DNA of 64,000 bases, taken from an uncultured delta proteobacterium. GTDB lineage: Bacteria; Desulfobacterota; Desulfobacteria; Desulfobacterales; B30-G6. Both the position numbers and the translations under genes were made by a program. Position 1 is the stretch's first letter. The number at the start of each line of letters is the position of its first letter. The DNA is taken from positions 320,001 to 384,000 of the forward strand of contig CAWGLD010000005.1 of NCBI GenBank assembly GCA_963823335.1, in the 5' to 3' direction. This document shows positions 20,630 through 28,974 of this stretch, piece after piece. Below the pieces are notes generated by a model. The model ran no database searches, had not been told where the DNA came from, and worked only from the letters and a program-made list of their open reading frames with translations.

Positions 20630-20659
20630 AGAGAGTTGCTCCCACAATATTTAGCTTTG

Positions 20660-20705
20660 ATAATATTTAGGCTATCTAAATATTATGATCGTTATATTTT
20701 GTCAA
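20660..20705 (-). promoter_or_regulatory. Probable MarR operator overlapping a sigma70 promoter
   Basis: Perfect 11-bp inverted repeat ATAATATTTAG-N5-CTAAATATTAT at 20660-20686; minus-strand TTGACA at 20700-20705. Confidence 0.7.
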
Positions 20706-20722
20706 GTCAGCATGGAAGGATA

Positions 20723-21592
20723 TTATTTGACGGACGGATAATTCCCGGAGTGAGCCGCTATCTGATGGAAGGACGTTTCGAGCTCTCTGACTTCTTTCAT
20801 TCGCTGGGGGTCGAGATAAAAGCGATACAGGATATCGCCTGTGTCTATGGGCCGGCCGAGAATCTGTGTCTCTATCTGGAAAAGGGCTTGGATTGATTTG
20901 TCAGAAACCGGATACCCTTTATCATCTACATGAATATGATGATTCATGGTGAGTCTCGATATATTATTGATATCGACGAGCTTGACACCACCCAAAGACG
21001 TCATGATCAGGTTGCCCACACCGGCAAGGTCTGGAATGGCACCTGTCTTCATGATGATGCTTTTGATACAGTTGACAAAGGATGCCAGGTTTTCAAGAGC
21101 GGTCTTCAGTGCCGCTTCATGCGTGCCCTTTACAATACCTTCTATTTTCAGTAATGCATTCTCATGCCAGGGGTCGACAGCTTCTCCATGAACAAACTCC
21201 TGAAGACCGCACAGCAGAATGCTTTTCTCGCGCCCTCGGGTATAATCCACTAAAAATTCCGAGGATACAGCATAATGGGATCTCGACAGCCACTGTTGGA
21301 GAATATTGTAATTATCTATTTCTTTTTGGATATCACGGAGTGAAGAGAATCTCTTCTTGAAAATTCTGAGCATGGCAACCGGTTGCGCAATCGGGAACAT
21401 GCAAACACCCTGCTGAATAATGCCTCTGGTTTCGATGATGACGTCTGACATTTCCAGGACCTGGATCAAACGGGATCGCAGGCCTTCCCTGAAGTGGTTG
21501 CGAAAAAAATACCGGGAAGGGTGTTTGATGAAATTCAGTGCTATGATGTCATCATGCGACAGGGTCGGCTTTTCTCTGATGTCGGTTGTCAT
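20723..21592 (-). CDS. Hypothetical protein with atypical protein-kinase-like (PKL) fold
   Basis: Motifs in kinase order: EGLRS, MLRIFK, EIDNY, LQEFVHG, PDLAGVGNL, VKLVDIN. Confidence 0.6.
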   Translation of the reverse strand: MTTDIREKPTLSHDDIIALNFIKHPSRYFFRNHFREGLRSRLIQVLEMSDVIIETRGIIQQGVCMFPIAQPVAMLRIFKKRFSSLRDIQKEIDNYNILQQWLSRSHYAVSSEFLVDYTRGREKSILLCGLQEFVHGEAVDPWHENALLKIEGIVKGTHEAALKTALENLASFVNCIKSIIMKTGAIPDLAGVGNLIMTSLGGVKLVDINNISRLTMNHHIHVDDKGYPVSDKSIQALFQIETQILGRPIDTGDILYRFYLDPQRMKEVRELETSFHQIAAHSGNYPSVK

Positions 21593-21687
21593 GGCTTTTA
21601 GCTCTGAGCCTTTAGCTGGTGACCGTCAATAACGGTCAGCTACTCTCGAACCCTTGTATCACCTTCGGACCCTTGAACCCAGGGATT

Positions 21688-22515
21688 CTATTCTAGCATC
21701 TCCTCTTCAAGGTTTTCAATCCAGGCGGCGTTCACATTTGCCTTTTGGATGAGGTAGTCTCTTGCGGAGCCATATTTCTTGTTGATATGTTCTATCACGG
21801 CTACGATAGCACTTTTGGGGGCAGTCAAATAGTCGATCAGCTTATCAGGGTCTACCCCGATCTTCCGCAGGTTGTCTTGAATATTCTGTGTCTGCTTCGC
21901 ATTGTAGATATTTGACAGGGCGTGGTCATGAATCACCCACTTTTCAGATACGCCCAGGCATAAAAGAATCAAGGCTGCACCTACGCCGGTGCGATCTTTC
22001 CCGGCTGTGCAGTGAAACAGGAGCGGTCGATAAGATCGCTGGCATACGTATTTGAAGAATAAATGCCAGATATCATGGAATGCTTCGATTTTTTCAATAT
22101 AGGATTTTAGCATGAAGTCCGGTGTAAACCAAGCAATGTCGCCTTTCATAATCCTGGTGACGGCTTCTGTGGGCTCCATTGTTTTGTTCACGATGGGAAG
22201 ATGCAGGACCTGTAGAGATGCTTGTTCAGGCAGGTGGTTTGGCTGACGCGTTATTTCCTCTGCTGACCGAAAATCACAAACAGACTGGATGCCGATCTCC
22301 TGTAAAATCTTATGGTCGTTTTCCGTCAACGATGCAAGATTGCCCGAACGAAAAATTTTGCGCCATTTGACCCGCTTGTGTCCGTTGGTTGGATATCCGC
22401 CGATGTCCCGAAAATTTGCGGTACCATCCAACACGATTCGACGCTCAAAATCGCCGGTGTCAACATCTTCACTATTCTGACTGCTTTTTTTCATTTGTGT
22501 ATCCTGGACTACCAC
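21688..22515 (-). CDS. Cys-based tyrosine/dual-specificity phosphatase (IphP/Y_phosphatase3-like)
   Basis: NFRDIGGY, FRSG, DFRS..E, and P-loop FHCTAGKDRTG. Confidence 0.93.
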   Translation of the reverse strand: MVVQDTQMKKSSQNSEDVDTGDFERRIVLDGTANFRDIGGYPTNGHKRVKWRKIFRSGNLASLTENDHKILQEIGIQSVCDFRSAEEITRQPNHLPEQASLQVLHLPIVNKTMEPTEAVTRIMKGDIAWFTPDFMLKSYIEKIEAFHDIWHLFFKYVCQRSYRPLLFHCTAGKDRTGVGAALILLCLGVSEKWVIHDHALSNIYNAKQTQNIQDNLRKIGVDPDKLIDYLTAPKSAIVAVIEHINKKYGSARDYLIQKANVNAAWIENLEEEMLE

Positions 22516-22581
22516 ATCTTACGACAGACAGGTCTTTGGGTAAGAAAAACGCGGTCACGTTCTTCGGAAACGTGCCTATGT

Positions 22582-23253
22582 TTATTTCCCAAGCACAACC
22601 AGTGCATCAACAGCTACAGGTTGTCCCTGGATCAGTTTGATGGGGTTGATATCAATTTCGCTGATAGCATCATTTTCCAACCCGATTCTACCCAGAGAAA
22701 TCAGAATATTCGCCAAGGCTTTGCGGTTTACCGGTGGCTTTCCCCTAAAGGTGTTCAGAATTTTTTTCCCCCGTATATTATCCATCATGTCCATGGCATC
22801 GAGGGTGGTGATGGGTGCTACCCGGATCGACACATCTTCCAGTATTTCTGCCAGGATGCCGCCGAGTCCGAACACCACACACGGGCCGAACTGGCTGTCG
22901 CGTTTGAGACCCGCCAAAAGTTCGCGATTGCCCCTGAGCATCTGTTGTATCAGGACTTCATTTATCGGGACTGTGCTTTCCGCTAAAAGCCCTTTATAGG
23001 CCAGTCTTACCTGGGATTCATCCTTGAGGTCGAGTCGTATCAGGTCGTGTTCGGTCTTGTGCTGTATTTTTTCTCCAGACGCCTTCAGCACGACCGGGTA
23101 GCCAATGGAATTTGCGACTGCAACAGCCTCTTCGATGGTGGTTGCAGTTTTTTCATTGGTGACAGGGATCCCATAGGCTGAAAGTACCTGTTTTGATTGA
23201 AACTCCGACAGGTTCTCAGCTCCTCTGTTGATGGCGGCTTCGATAATTTTCAT
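22582..23253 (-). CDS. Stand-alone ATP-grasp (beta-type) subunit of an ADP-forming acyl-CoA synthetase family
   Basis: LSEFQSKQVL..YGIP, GYPVVLK, HKTE, FGPCVVFGLGGI, EIDINP, VDA. Confidence 0.88.
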   Translation of the reverse strand: MKIIEAAINRGAENLSEFQSKQVLSAYGIPVTNEKTATTIEEAVAVANSIGYPVVLKASGEKIQHKTEHDLIRLDLKDESQVRLAYKGLLAESTVPINEVLIQQMLRGNRELLAGLKRDSQFGPCVVFGLGGILAEILEDVSIRVAPITTLDAMDMMDNIRGKKILNTFRGKPPVNRKALANILISLGRIGLENDAISEIDINPIKLIQGQPVAVDALVVLGK

Positions 23254-23267
23254 CGGTTTTCCTTATT

Positions 23268-23741
23268 TTATTGACTCTCGATTTCAGCATTGAAGGCATC
23301 TACCTTGGATTGAAACATGTTTCGTTGTTCTTCGTAGGACTTTATCTTTTCATTAAATGCCTCCACACGTTTCTTGTGAGCTTCAAAAGCCTCTGTTTCC
23401 TGGGGGTTTGGCGATGATTCCAGAAGAGATGTTCGTTCCGCGTCCAAATCTTTAAATAATTGTTCCAGGGATTTCCATTCATTGTTGAGTTGCTCGATCC
23501 GTCTGTTCTCGACGCTTGATGTAGTTTCCTCTTTTAGCTCATCAGAAGTTTCAAGTTTTGGTTCGGGTGTAACAGCCTCTTTGTAGGCCTGAACGCTTTG
23601 CCGTTGATCTTTGGGGACATTGAGAAGATTGTCTGTAAATCTGATCATCCCGTTGGCATCTTTGTACTTATAGTATTCAGCGCAGACAGGTATCGGGATC
23701 AGTGACAGAACCGCCAATATTATAAGTGTGTTAGCAATCAT
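23268..23741 (-). CDS. DUF4124-domain secreted coiled-coil protein
   Basis: Signal peptide, then YYKYKDANGMIRFTDN..VP, then a coiled-coil. Confidence 0.8.
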   Translation of the reverse strand: MIANTLIILAVLSLIPIPVCAEYYKYKDANGMIRFTDNLLNVPKDQRQSVQAYKEAVTPEPKLETSDELKEETTSSVENRRIEQLNNEWKSLEQLFKDLDAERTSLLESSPNPQETEAFEAHKKRVEAFNEKIKSYEEQRNMFQSKVDAFNAEIESQ

Positions 23742-24002
23742 TTCCCGTCTCCTTGAACCGGCATCAAGTCTCTTTCTGGATAGTGTTAAAGCTTTACTTC
23801 GTGTCCCGCATTCGCGGGAGCATAAACGATTTTCTTACTATATAGAACATGCATTGCCAAATCAAACAAATTTCTGAATATGAACTGCCCAATTGGTGGT
23901 ATCTACTACATACAAGGATTTGTTGACTAAAAGCAATCAATTGGTTAGGTAAAAGGTTGGAAAACAAAAGTTGGGATAGAGCTTATTGCTTTCAATTTTA
24001 AC

Positions 24003-24572
24003 ATGGACAAACTGAAAATGGACACATTGAAGGGACAGTTTCTGATCGCCATGCCATCCATGCTGGATTTCAATTTTTCTCACACGGTAACATGTATGTC
24101 TGAGGATACCGAGGATGGAGCTTTGGGAATTGTTGTCAACCGTGTGATACCTTCACTCACGGCCGGTTCTATCTTTAGAGAGTTGAAGATAGACTATACC
24201 GCTTCGGCAGCTATGATACCGCTTCATATCGGTGGGCCGGTTCACGAGAATGAAATATTTATTCTCCATGGTGAACCGTTCTCGTGGGAGGGGTGTATGA
24301 TGATTACACCGACGTTGGCTATGAGTAACACCATGGATCTTATTGAGGCCATTGCAAAGGGTGAAGGGCCGCAAGCCTTCCTGATCGCACTGGGTTGTGC
24401 TGGTTGGGGGCAGGGGCAACTGGCCAGCGAAATATTGCAGAATGTGTGGCTTACGTGCCCTGTTGATGATAAAATTATATTTGAATCCAAAGTCGATGAG
24501 CGATGGCATGCCGCGGTGAGATTGCTGGGAATCGACCCGATGCTCTTATCCACTACGGCGGGTCATGCGTGA
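24003..24572 (+). CDS. yqgE: YqgE/AlgH family protein
   Basis: FLIAMP, GIVVN, GGPV, LGCAGWGQGQL..E..NVW, C-terminal AGHA. Confidence 0.92.
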   Translation: MDKLKMDTLKGQFLIAMPSMLDFNFSHTVTCMSEDTEDGALGIVVNRVIPSLTAGSIFRELKIDYTASAAMIPLHIGGPVHENEIFILHGEPFSWEGCMMITPTLAMSNTMDLIEAIAKGEGPQAFLIALGCAGWGQGQLASEILQNVWLTCPVDDKIIFESKVDERWHAAVRLLGIDPMLLSTTAGHA

Positions 24573-24589
24573 ACCGCAACGGTGCGTGC

Positions 24590-24620
24590 ATTCCTTATGG
24601 CTTGCTGCGAGCTTCTTCAA
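24590..24620 (-). repeat. Dispersed REP/MITE-like element, partial copy 2
   Basis: ATTCCTTATGGCTTGCTGCGAGCTTCTTCAA matches the reverse complement of the family terminus. Confidence 0.6.
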
Positions 24621-24687
24621 TAAAAAAAGCCTCCTGCCGGAGACCTTCGACCTGATGGACCGATTCGTGGTGAGAGGTTTGTTGGGC

Positions 24688-24846
24688 TTAGGCTGTGGAT
24701 TCGACTTTTTTCTTCGGTTTCGTCTTTGGTTTCTTCTTTTTCAGACACACTTTATCTTTCCTTACAAATGCACAGAGTTTCGGATTGTAATACTCCTTGC
24801 AGTTTAAAGGATTGTAGAGTGGGCATTCCGGATGTTTTTCTGACAT
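24688..24846 (-). CDS. Small 52-aa Cys-rich basic protein (absent from ORF track)
   Basis: Manual translation: MSEKHPECPLYNPLNCKEYYNPKLCAFVRKDKVCLKKKKPKTKPKKKVESTA*. AAGGGGA RBS upstream; hairpin-like sequence and T-run downstream. Confidence 0.7.
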   Translation of the reverse strand: MSEKHPECPLYNPLNCKEYYNPKLCAFVRKDKVCLKKKKPKTKPKKKVESTA

Positions 24847-24955
24847 GAATCGTATTTCCCCTTTAGATGATCATTTATCTAATTTTCTTCCATACCACAA
24901 ACCCACAGAATTTACAAGCCATTCCCTTTGACAATCGGATTCACTCCATGTAAAT

Positions 24956-27262
24956 ATGACATACAGAATCCAGGCCATGCAGGAACAGGACACTACTATG
25001 ACTTCATTTCAGACGATAAAAGACGATCTTAAACAGCTTTGCACCGATATCGCTAGCTATCTTGTTTCCGCTAAGGAGTTGCCAAACCTTGGCGTGGCCT
25101 CATTTGGAGAATGGGAAGCCATATGCCGGGCAATCAAGAAGCAGATGGATGAGGAAATCATTCGGGTTGCTGTGGTAGGCGCCATAAAATCAGGTAAAAG
25201 CACATTCGTCAACTCGTTGTTTAAAGCCGACTACCTAAACCGGGGTGCCGGTGTGGTAACCTCCATCGTCACGAGAATTCGGCGGGGTCCTTACTTGAAA
25301 GCAAAACTTTATTTCAAAACATGGGACGAGGTGAACGAAGAACTGTCTCAGGCTTTGACTCTTTTCCCAGACCATGCCTGGGAGTCGGAAGAAACCCAAT
25401 TCGACATTCGCAGAGAAGATGACCGGCGGGTATTGGCCACATCTCTGAATAATATCCAATCGAATCTCCTGATTACCAATGGTATCCGCAACACCAATAG
25501 TATCCTTATCGACTCTTATTTAAAAGGGTATGATTTGGTGAAAGACATCATTACATTGGACGGTATTTCCAAGGTGTACGAGGACGACCTGTTTGGCGAA
25601 CAGAAAACGTTTGTGGGGAGCGACCACCTGGCTGTATACCTAAAGGATGTGCTCCTGGAAATCATGGGTGGGGACATGGGAGATGATATTGAAATCGCAG
25701 ACTGCCAGGGGAGCGATTCACCCAATCCACGCCATCTATCCATGATTCAGGATTACCTGTTGAAGACCCACCTCCTTGTTTACGTTATCAGCAGCCGCAC
25801 CGGATTGCGCCAGGCCGATATGCGCTTCTTATCAATTATCAGAAACATGGGCATTCTTGAAAATATCCTTTTTGTCCTCAACAGCGATTTCAGCGAGCAT
25901 GAAACACTGGAAGGACTTATCGCATTGGTTGATCGTACAAGGGAAGATTTGTCGGTTATTTCGCCCGATCCTGAAATTTATGTCTTTTCGTCACTTTATA
26001 ATCTATTCAAATCATCCTTCAAATCCATGTCGCGTAAAGATGAAATGCGGTTTTCTCAATGGGAAGCGGAGGAACGCTTTGTCGAGTTCTCAGATAGTGA
26101 GACAAAGCGGTTTAAAGCTGATTTTTCTACCAAATTGGGAGCAGAACGCTATTCTCTGCTGGTGAAAAACAATATCGAGCGCCTGCGGCTTGTCTCCGAG
26201 GCACTAACACACTGGTCTACCGTCCACCAGGAGATTTTGGGCGGGGATGCAAAAGAGGTTGCAACACTCATCAGCAAAATGACTGACCACCAGCAGCAGA
26301 TGACTCAGATTGCATCGCTTGTCAAAAGTACACTTGAGGGTACATCGCGGGATATTAAGTCGAATCTAAAGAAGACCATTGACAGGTTTTTTGATGCCAG
26401 GAACGGTGCGGTGGTAAAAGACGTGATTGTCTTTATCAGGAATTTTCAGCTCAATCTTGAAACCTATGAAACAGCCCTTGAATCAGCTCGGTTTACCGAG
26501 ACGCTTTACCTGGTTTTTCAGGATTTCAAGGCGGCGGTTGACAGGCATCTGGTTGAAACGATTCACCCCCGAATCGTCAAATTTATCCGGGAGGAAGAGG
26601 AGAGGATCAAGTCTCACCTTGAATCGGTTGCAACACCCTATGCCACCATGATGAAGGAGACCGTGTCTGATTACAAGGCATCCATGGCAGATACGGGTGC
26701 ACCTCAGTCCGACAGCCTTGGAAACAGGATGATTTTGGTGGATCTGAAGATCCTCAAATTGAGAGACAATCTGAATCTGCCCCCGGTGGAAACAACCATG
26801 CGTTACTCTGCCAGAATAAAAACAGAGGCGGTTATGCGTCTTGGACTCTATTCAGCCGTAAAGCTTTTCCGAAAACTGCTGAAAAAAACAGACATTCGAC
26901 AGAATCGCAGAAGAAACAAGGCCCTGGAAGATGGATTCAGACGTATGAAGCTGGAGACGATGCGATCCATCAGCGCGCAGTTCAGGGATTATCAGGAGAA
27001 TGTCAAGTTCCAGTACCTGTTTCGTTTGACGGATGCCATTGTTCATCAACTCAATGATGATCTTCAAGAACGTTTCAAGGTCTATTTTACAGATACTTCA
27101 AAAATGATCGAGATGGTCAAAGAGGAACGCATAGATAAGGAACGGATCAAAGCAAGCTTGCACCAGATAGGTGCAACCGCCAGGGGTTATCTGACACGCC
27201 TTGAACGGTTCAGGGAAGATGTCGAATCGGTTTTGAACCGCAATTACCCATCAGAGTTGTGA
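24956..27262 (+). CDS. Bacterial dynamin-like GTPase
   Basis: G1 VVGAIKSGKSTFVNSL, G2 GAGVVT, G3 DCQG, variant G4 NSDF, long helical C-terminal half. True start may be the ATG at 24998. Confidence 0.85.
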   Translation: MTYRIQAMQEQDTTMTSFQTIKDDLKQLCTDIASYLVSAKELPNLGVASFGEWEAICRAIKKQMDEEIIRVAVVGAIKSGKSTFVNSLFKADYLNRGAGVVTSIVTRIRRGPYLKAKLYFKTWDEVNEELSQALTLFPDHAWESEETQFDIRREDDRRVLATSLNNIQSNLLITNGIRNTNSILIDSYLKGYDLVKDIITLDGISKVYEDDLFGEQKTFVGSDHLAVYLKDVLLEIMGGDMGDDIEIADCQGSDSPNPRHLSMIQDYLLKTHLLVYVISSRTGLRQADMRFLSIIRNMGILENILFVLNSDFSEHETLEGLIALVDRTREDLSVISPDPEIYVFSSLYNLFKSSFKSMSRKDEMRFSQWEAEERFVEFSDSETKRFKADFSTKLGAERYSLLVKNNIERLRLVSEALTHWSTVHQEILGGDAKEVATLISKMTDHQQQMTQIASLVKSTLEGTSRDIKSNLKKTIDRFFDARNGAVVKDVIVFIRNFQLNLETYETALESARFTETLYLVFQDFKAAVDRHLVETIHPRIVKFIREEEERIKSHLESVATPYATMMKETVSDYKASMADTGAPQSDSLGNRMILVDLKILKLRDNLNLPPVETTMRYSARIKTEAVMRLGLYSAVKLFRKLLKKTDIRQNRRRNKALEDGFRRMKLETMRSISAQFRDYQENVKFQYLFRLTDAIVHQLNDDLQERFKVYFTDTSKMIEMVKEERIDKERIKASLHQIGATARGYLTRLERFREDVESVLNRNYPSEL

Positions 27263-27303
27263 TAATTTCATAAAGGACCGAACACAGGTCAGAGGAGGAA
27301 AAG

Positions 27304-28092
27304 ATGAAGGATAAAAAAGCTGCAATCATCGCTGTGGCTAACGAAAAAGGAGGTGTCGGGAAAACAGTGACGGCCATTAATCTTGCGGCAGCCTTGTCGT
27401 TGAAGGGAAAAGCGGTCCTGGTGGTAGACATGGATCCCCAGGCCAACGCAACCCGCGGTTTGGGAATTGGTATGGATGCAATACGCAAAACAGCCTATGA
27501 CATGCTGTGTCAACCTGAATCTGTCGCTGCCGAAGATGCTGTTGTTAAGACAAAATGGGAAGGGCTGGACCTGATTCCTTCCCATGTCGATCTGGCGGGG
27601 GCAGAAGTCGAACTGGTTGACGTAGTAGGCCGTGAAAACAGACTGAAGCAGGCCATCGAACCCATACGGAAAGCCTATGATATCATGATCGTGGACACGC
27701 CCCCAAGCCTGTCGCTGTTGACGGTAAACGTGTTTGCTTGCGCCGGGTCCGTGATCGTACCTTGTCAGACCCACCCGTATGCTTTTGATGCCCTGGCGGA
27801 GCTTTTCGACACCATCGGTGCGGTCCAACGTGAAATTAATACTGATCTGAAGGTCTCGGGAATTCTCGCCACTATGTTTGACCAGCGGACACGCGTAAGC
27901 CACAACACATTGACCAGACTTCGGAGCGACCCTCGCACAAAAGAATACATGTATCGCACCGTCATCCGTTCAAACACCACCATTGCCGATTCCGCCGAAG
28001 TAGGAAAGCCCGTGGTGTTCTACCGGACCACTTCCTTTGGTGCCCTTGATTACAAGGTGTTTGCCGATGAATTTATAAGAAGTGTCAAATGA
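27304..28092 (+). CDS. ParA/Soj-family ATPase (no parB adjacent)
   Basis: NEKGGVGKT deviant Walker A, DMDPQANAT, DTPPSL; GAGGAG RBS. Confidence 0.93.
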   Translation: MKDKKAAIIAVANEKGGVGKTVTAINLAAALSLKGKAVLVVDMDPQANATRGLGIGMDAIRKTAYDMLCQPESVAAEDAVVKTKWEGLDLIPSHVDLAGAEVELVDVVGRENRLKQAIEPIRKAYDIMIVDTPPSLSLLTVNVFACAGSVIVPCQTHPYAFDALAELFDTIGAVQREINTDLKVSGILATMFDQRTRVSHNTLTRLRSDPRTKEYMYRTVIRSNTTIADSAEVGKPVVFYRTTSFGALDYKVFADEFIRSVK

Positions 28093-28101
28093 TCCAAAAT
28101 T

Positions 28102-28330
28102 AACGATGAACGTCCAACATCCAACGCTGAACATCGAACATCGAATGAAAACAAATAGGAAAGACTACCCCTGCAACAAGACTTGTCGGCGAACTCCTTT
28201 CGGTCTGAGCTCAAGGTCAATAAGTTGAGTCGCTACGGGAAATGTGTTCGCTATTGCTGTTTAATACCAACGTCTGTTTCTTCATTTTTCAAATTCATCA
28301 TTCGATGTTCGATGTTCATTCGTTTTTAGA
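28102..28330. repeat. Inverted 7-mer tandem-repeat cassette (AACATCG)n ... (CGATGTT)n
   Basis: GAACGTCCAACATCCAACGCTGAACATCGAACATCGAATG on the left and CATTCGATGTTCGATGTTCATTC on the right; same family as 54789-54993. Confidence 0.8.
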
Positions 28331-28400
28331 CACTTATAGACGATAGATCAAAATTATTCCATTCAGGGAGAAGCCAGGACTAGACCCCTTCAGCCTATAT

Positions 28401-28964
28401 CTAGGCTTGCTCTGCCGGACCAAATGAACGCACAAAAAGATCGTAAAGGGCCTTTTGGCCGTCCTCTGAAAGAAAGCGGGTTCCAGTGCCGGCAAACGTG
28501 TTTGAAGTAATAACCGGTGTGTTTTCAACCCATTGGCTTCTCTCCCAGGAAAACCAGCCCTTTCGCTCTTGATCATAGACGCTCAACGGCCGGTTAAATA
28601 GTTTGGCTAATTCAACCCCCCAGCCGGTGCCCCCCTTGACAGTGTTGTCAGCCTGTATCCAGCCGACGGCAATGACATGGTAGCCGCTATTGACCATGTG
28701 AAAAAGAGACTGGATGACTTTTCGGATTTTATTCGTGCGGGAGTAAGTTCGATTCATACGCTTGGATACGATTTCCATGCTGACATCGCCCTTTTCAAGC
28801 TCTTCAGGGTTCAATACCCGAACACCACGGTTACGCTCGGTATTGTGGCCTTCAAACGATATCGTTACCTCTTTCATGTTCCAGGCCTCGGCAAGTTTTC
28901 CGAATTCCGCCTCAGCTCCCTTGTGGCCGCCACTGTAAAGTGTGATTTTTGAAATGTCTGTCAT
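28401..28964 (-). CDS. Hypothetical protein, probable SLOG-superfamily fold
   Basis: N-terminal LYSGGHKGAE and internal KGGTGW...A...RPL motifs. Confidence 0.6.
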   Translation of the reverse strand: MTDISKITLYSGGHKGAEAEFGKLAEAWNMKEVTISFEGHNTERNRGVRVLNPEELEKGDVSMEIVSKRMNRTYSRTNKIRKVIQSLFHMVNSGYHVIAVGWIQADNTVKGGTGWGVELAKLFNRPLSVYDQERKGWFSWERSQWVENTPVITSNTFAGTGTRFLSEDGQKALYDLFVRSFGPAEQA

Positions 28965-28974
28965 TTTTATTCTC

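Noticed and set aside
24565..24807. 80-aa plus-strand ORF overlapping the yqgE stop
   Set aside because: Runs through a repeat element and antisense to the better-supported 52-aa Cys-rich ORF.
28102..28330. Short periodic repeats as a CRISPR array
   Set aside because: Units are 7-8 nt with no unique spacers and no cas genes.
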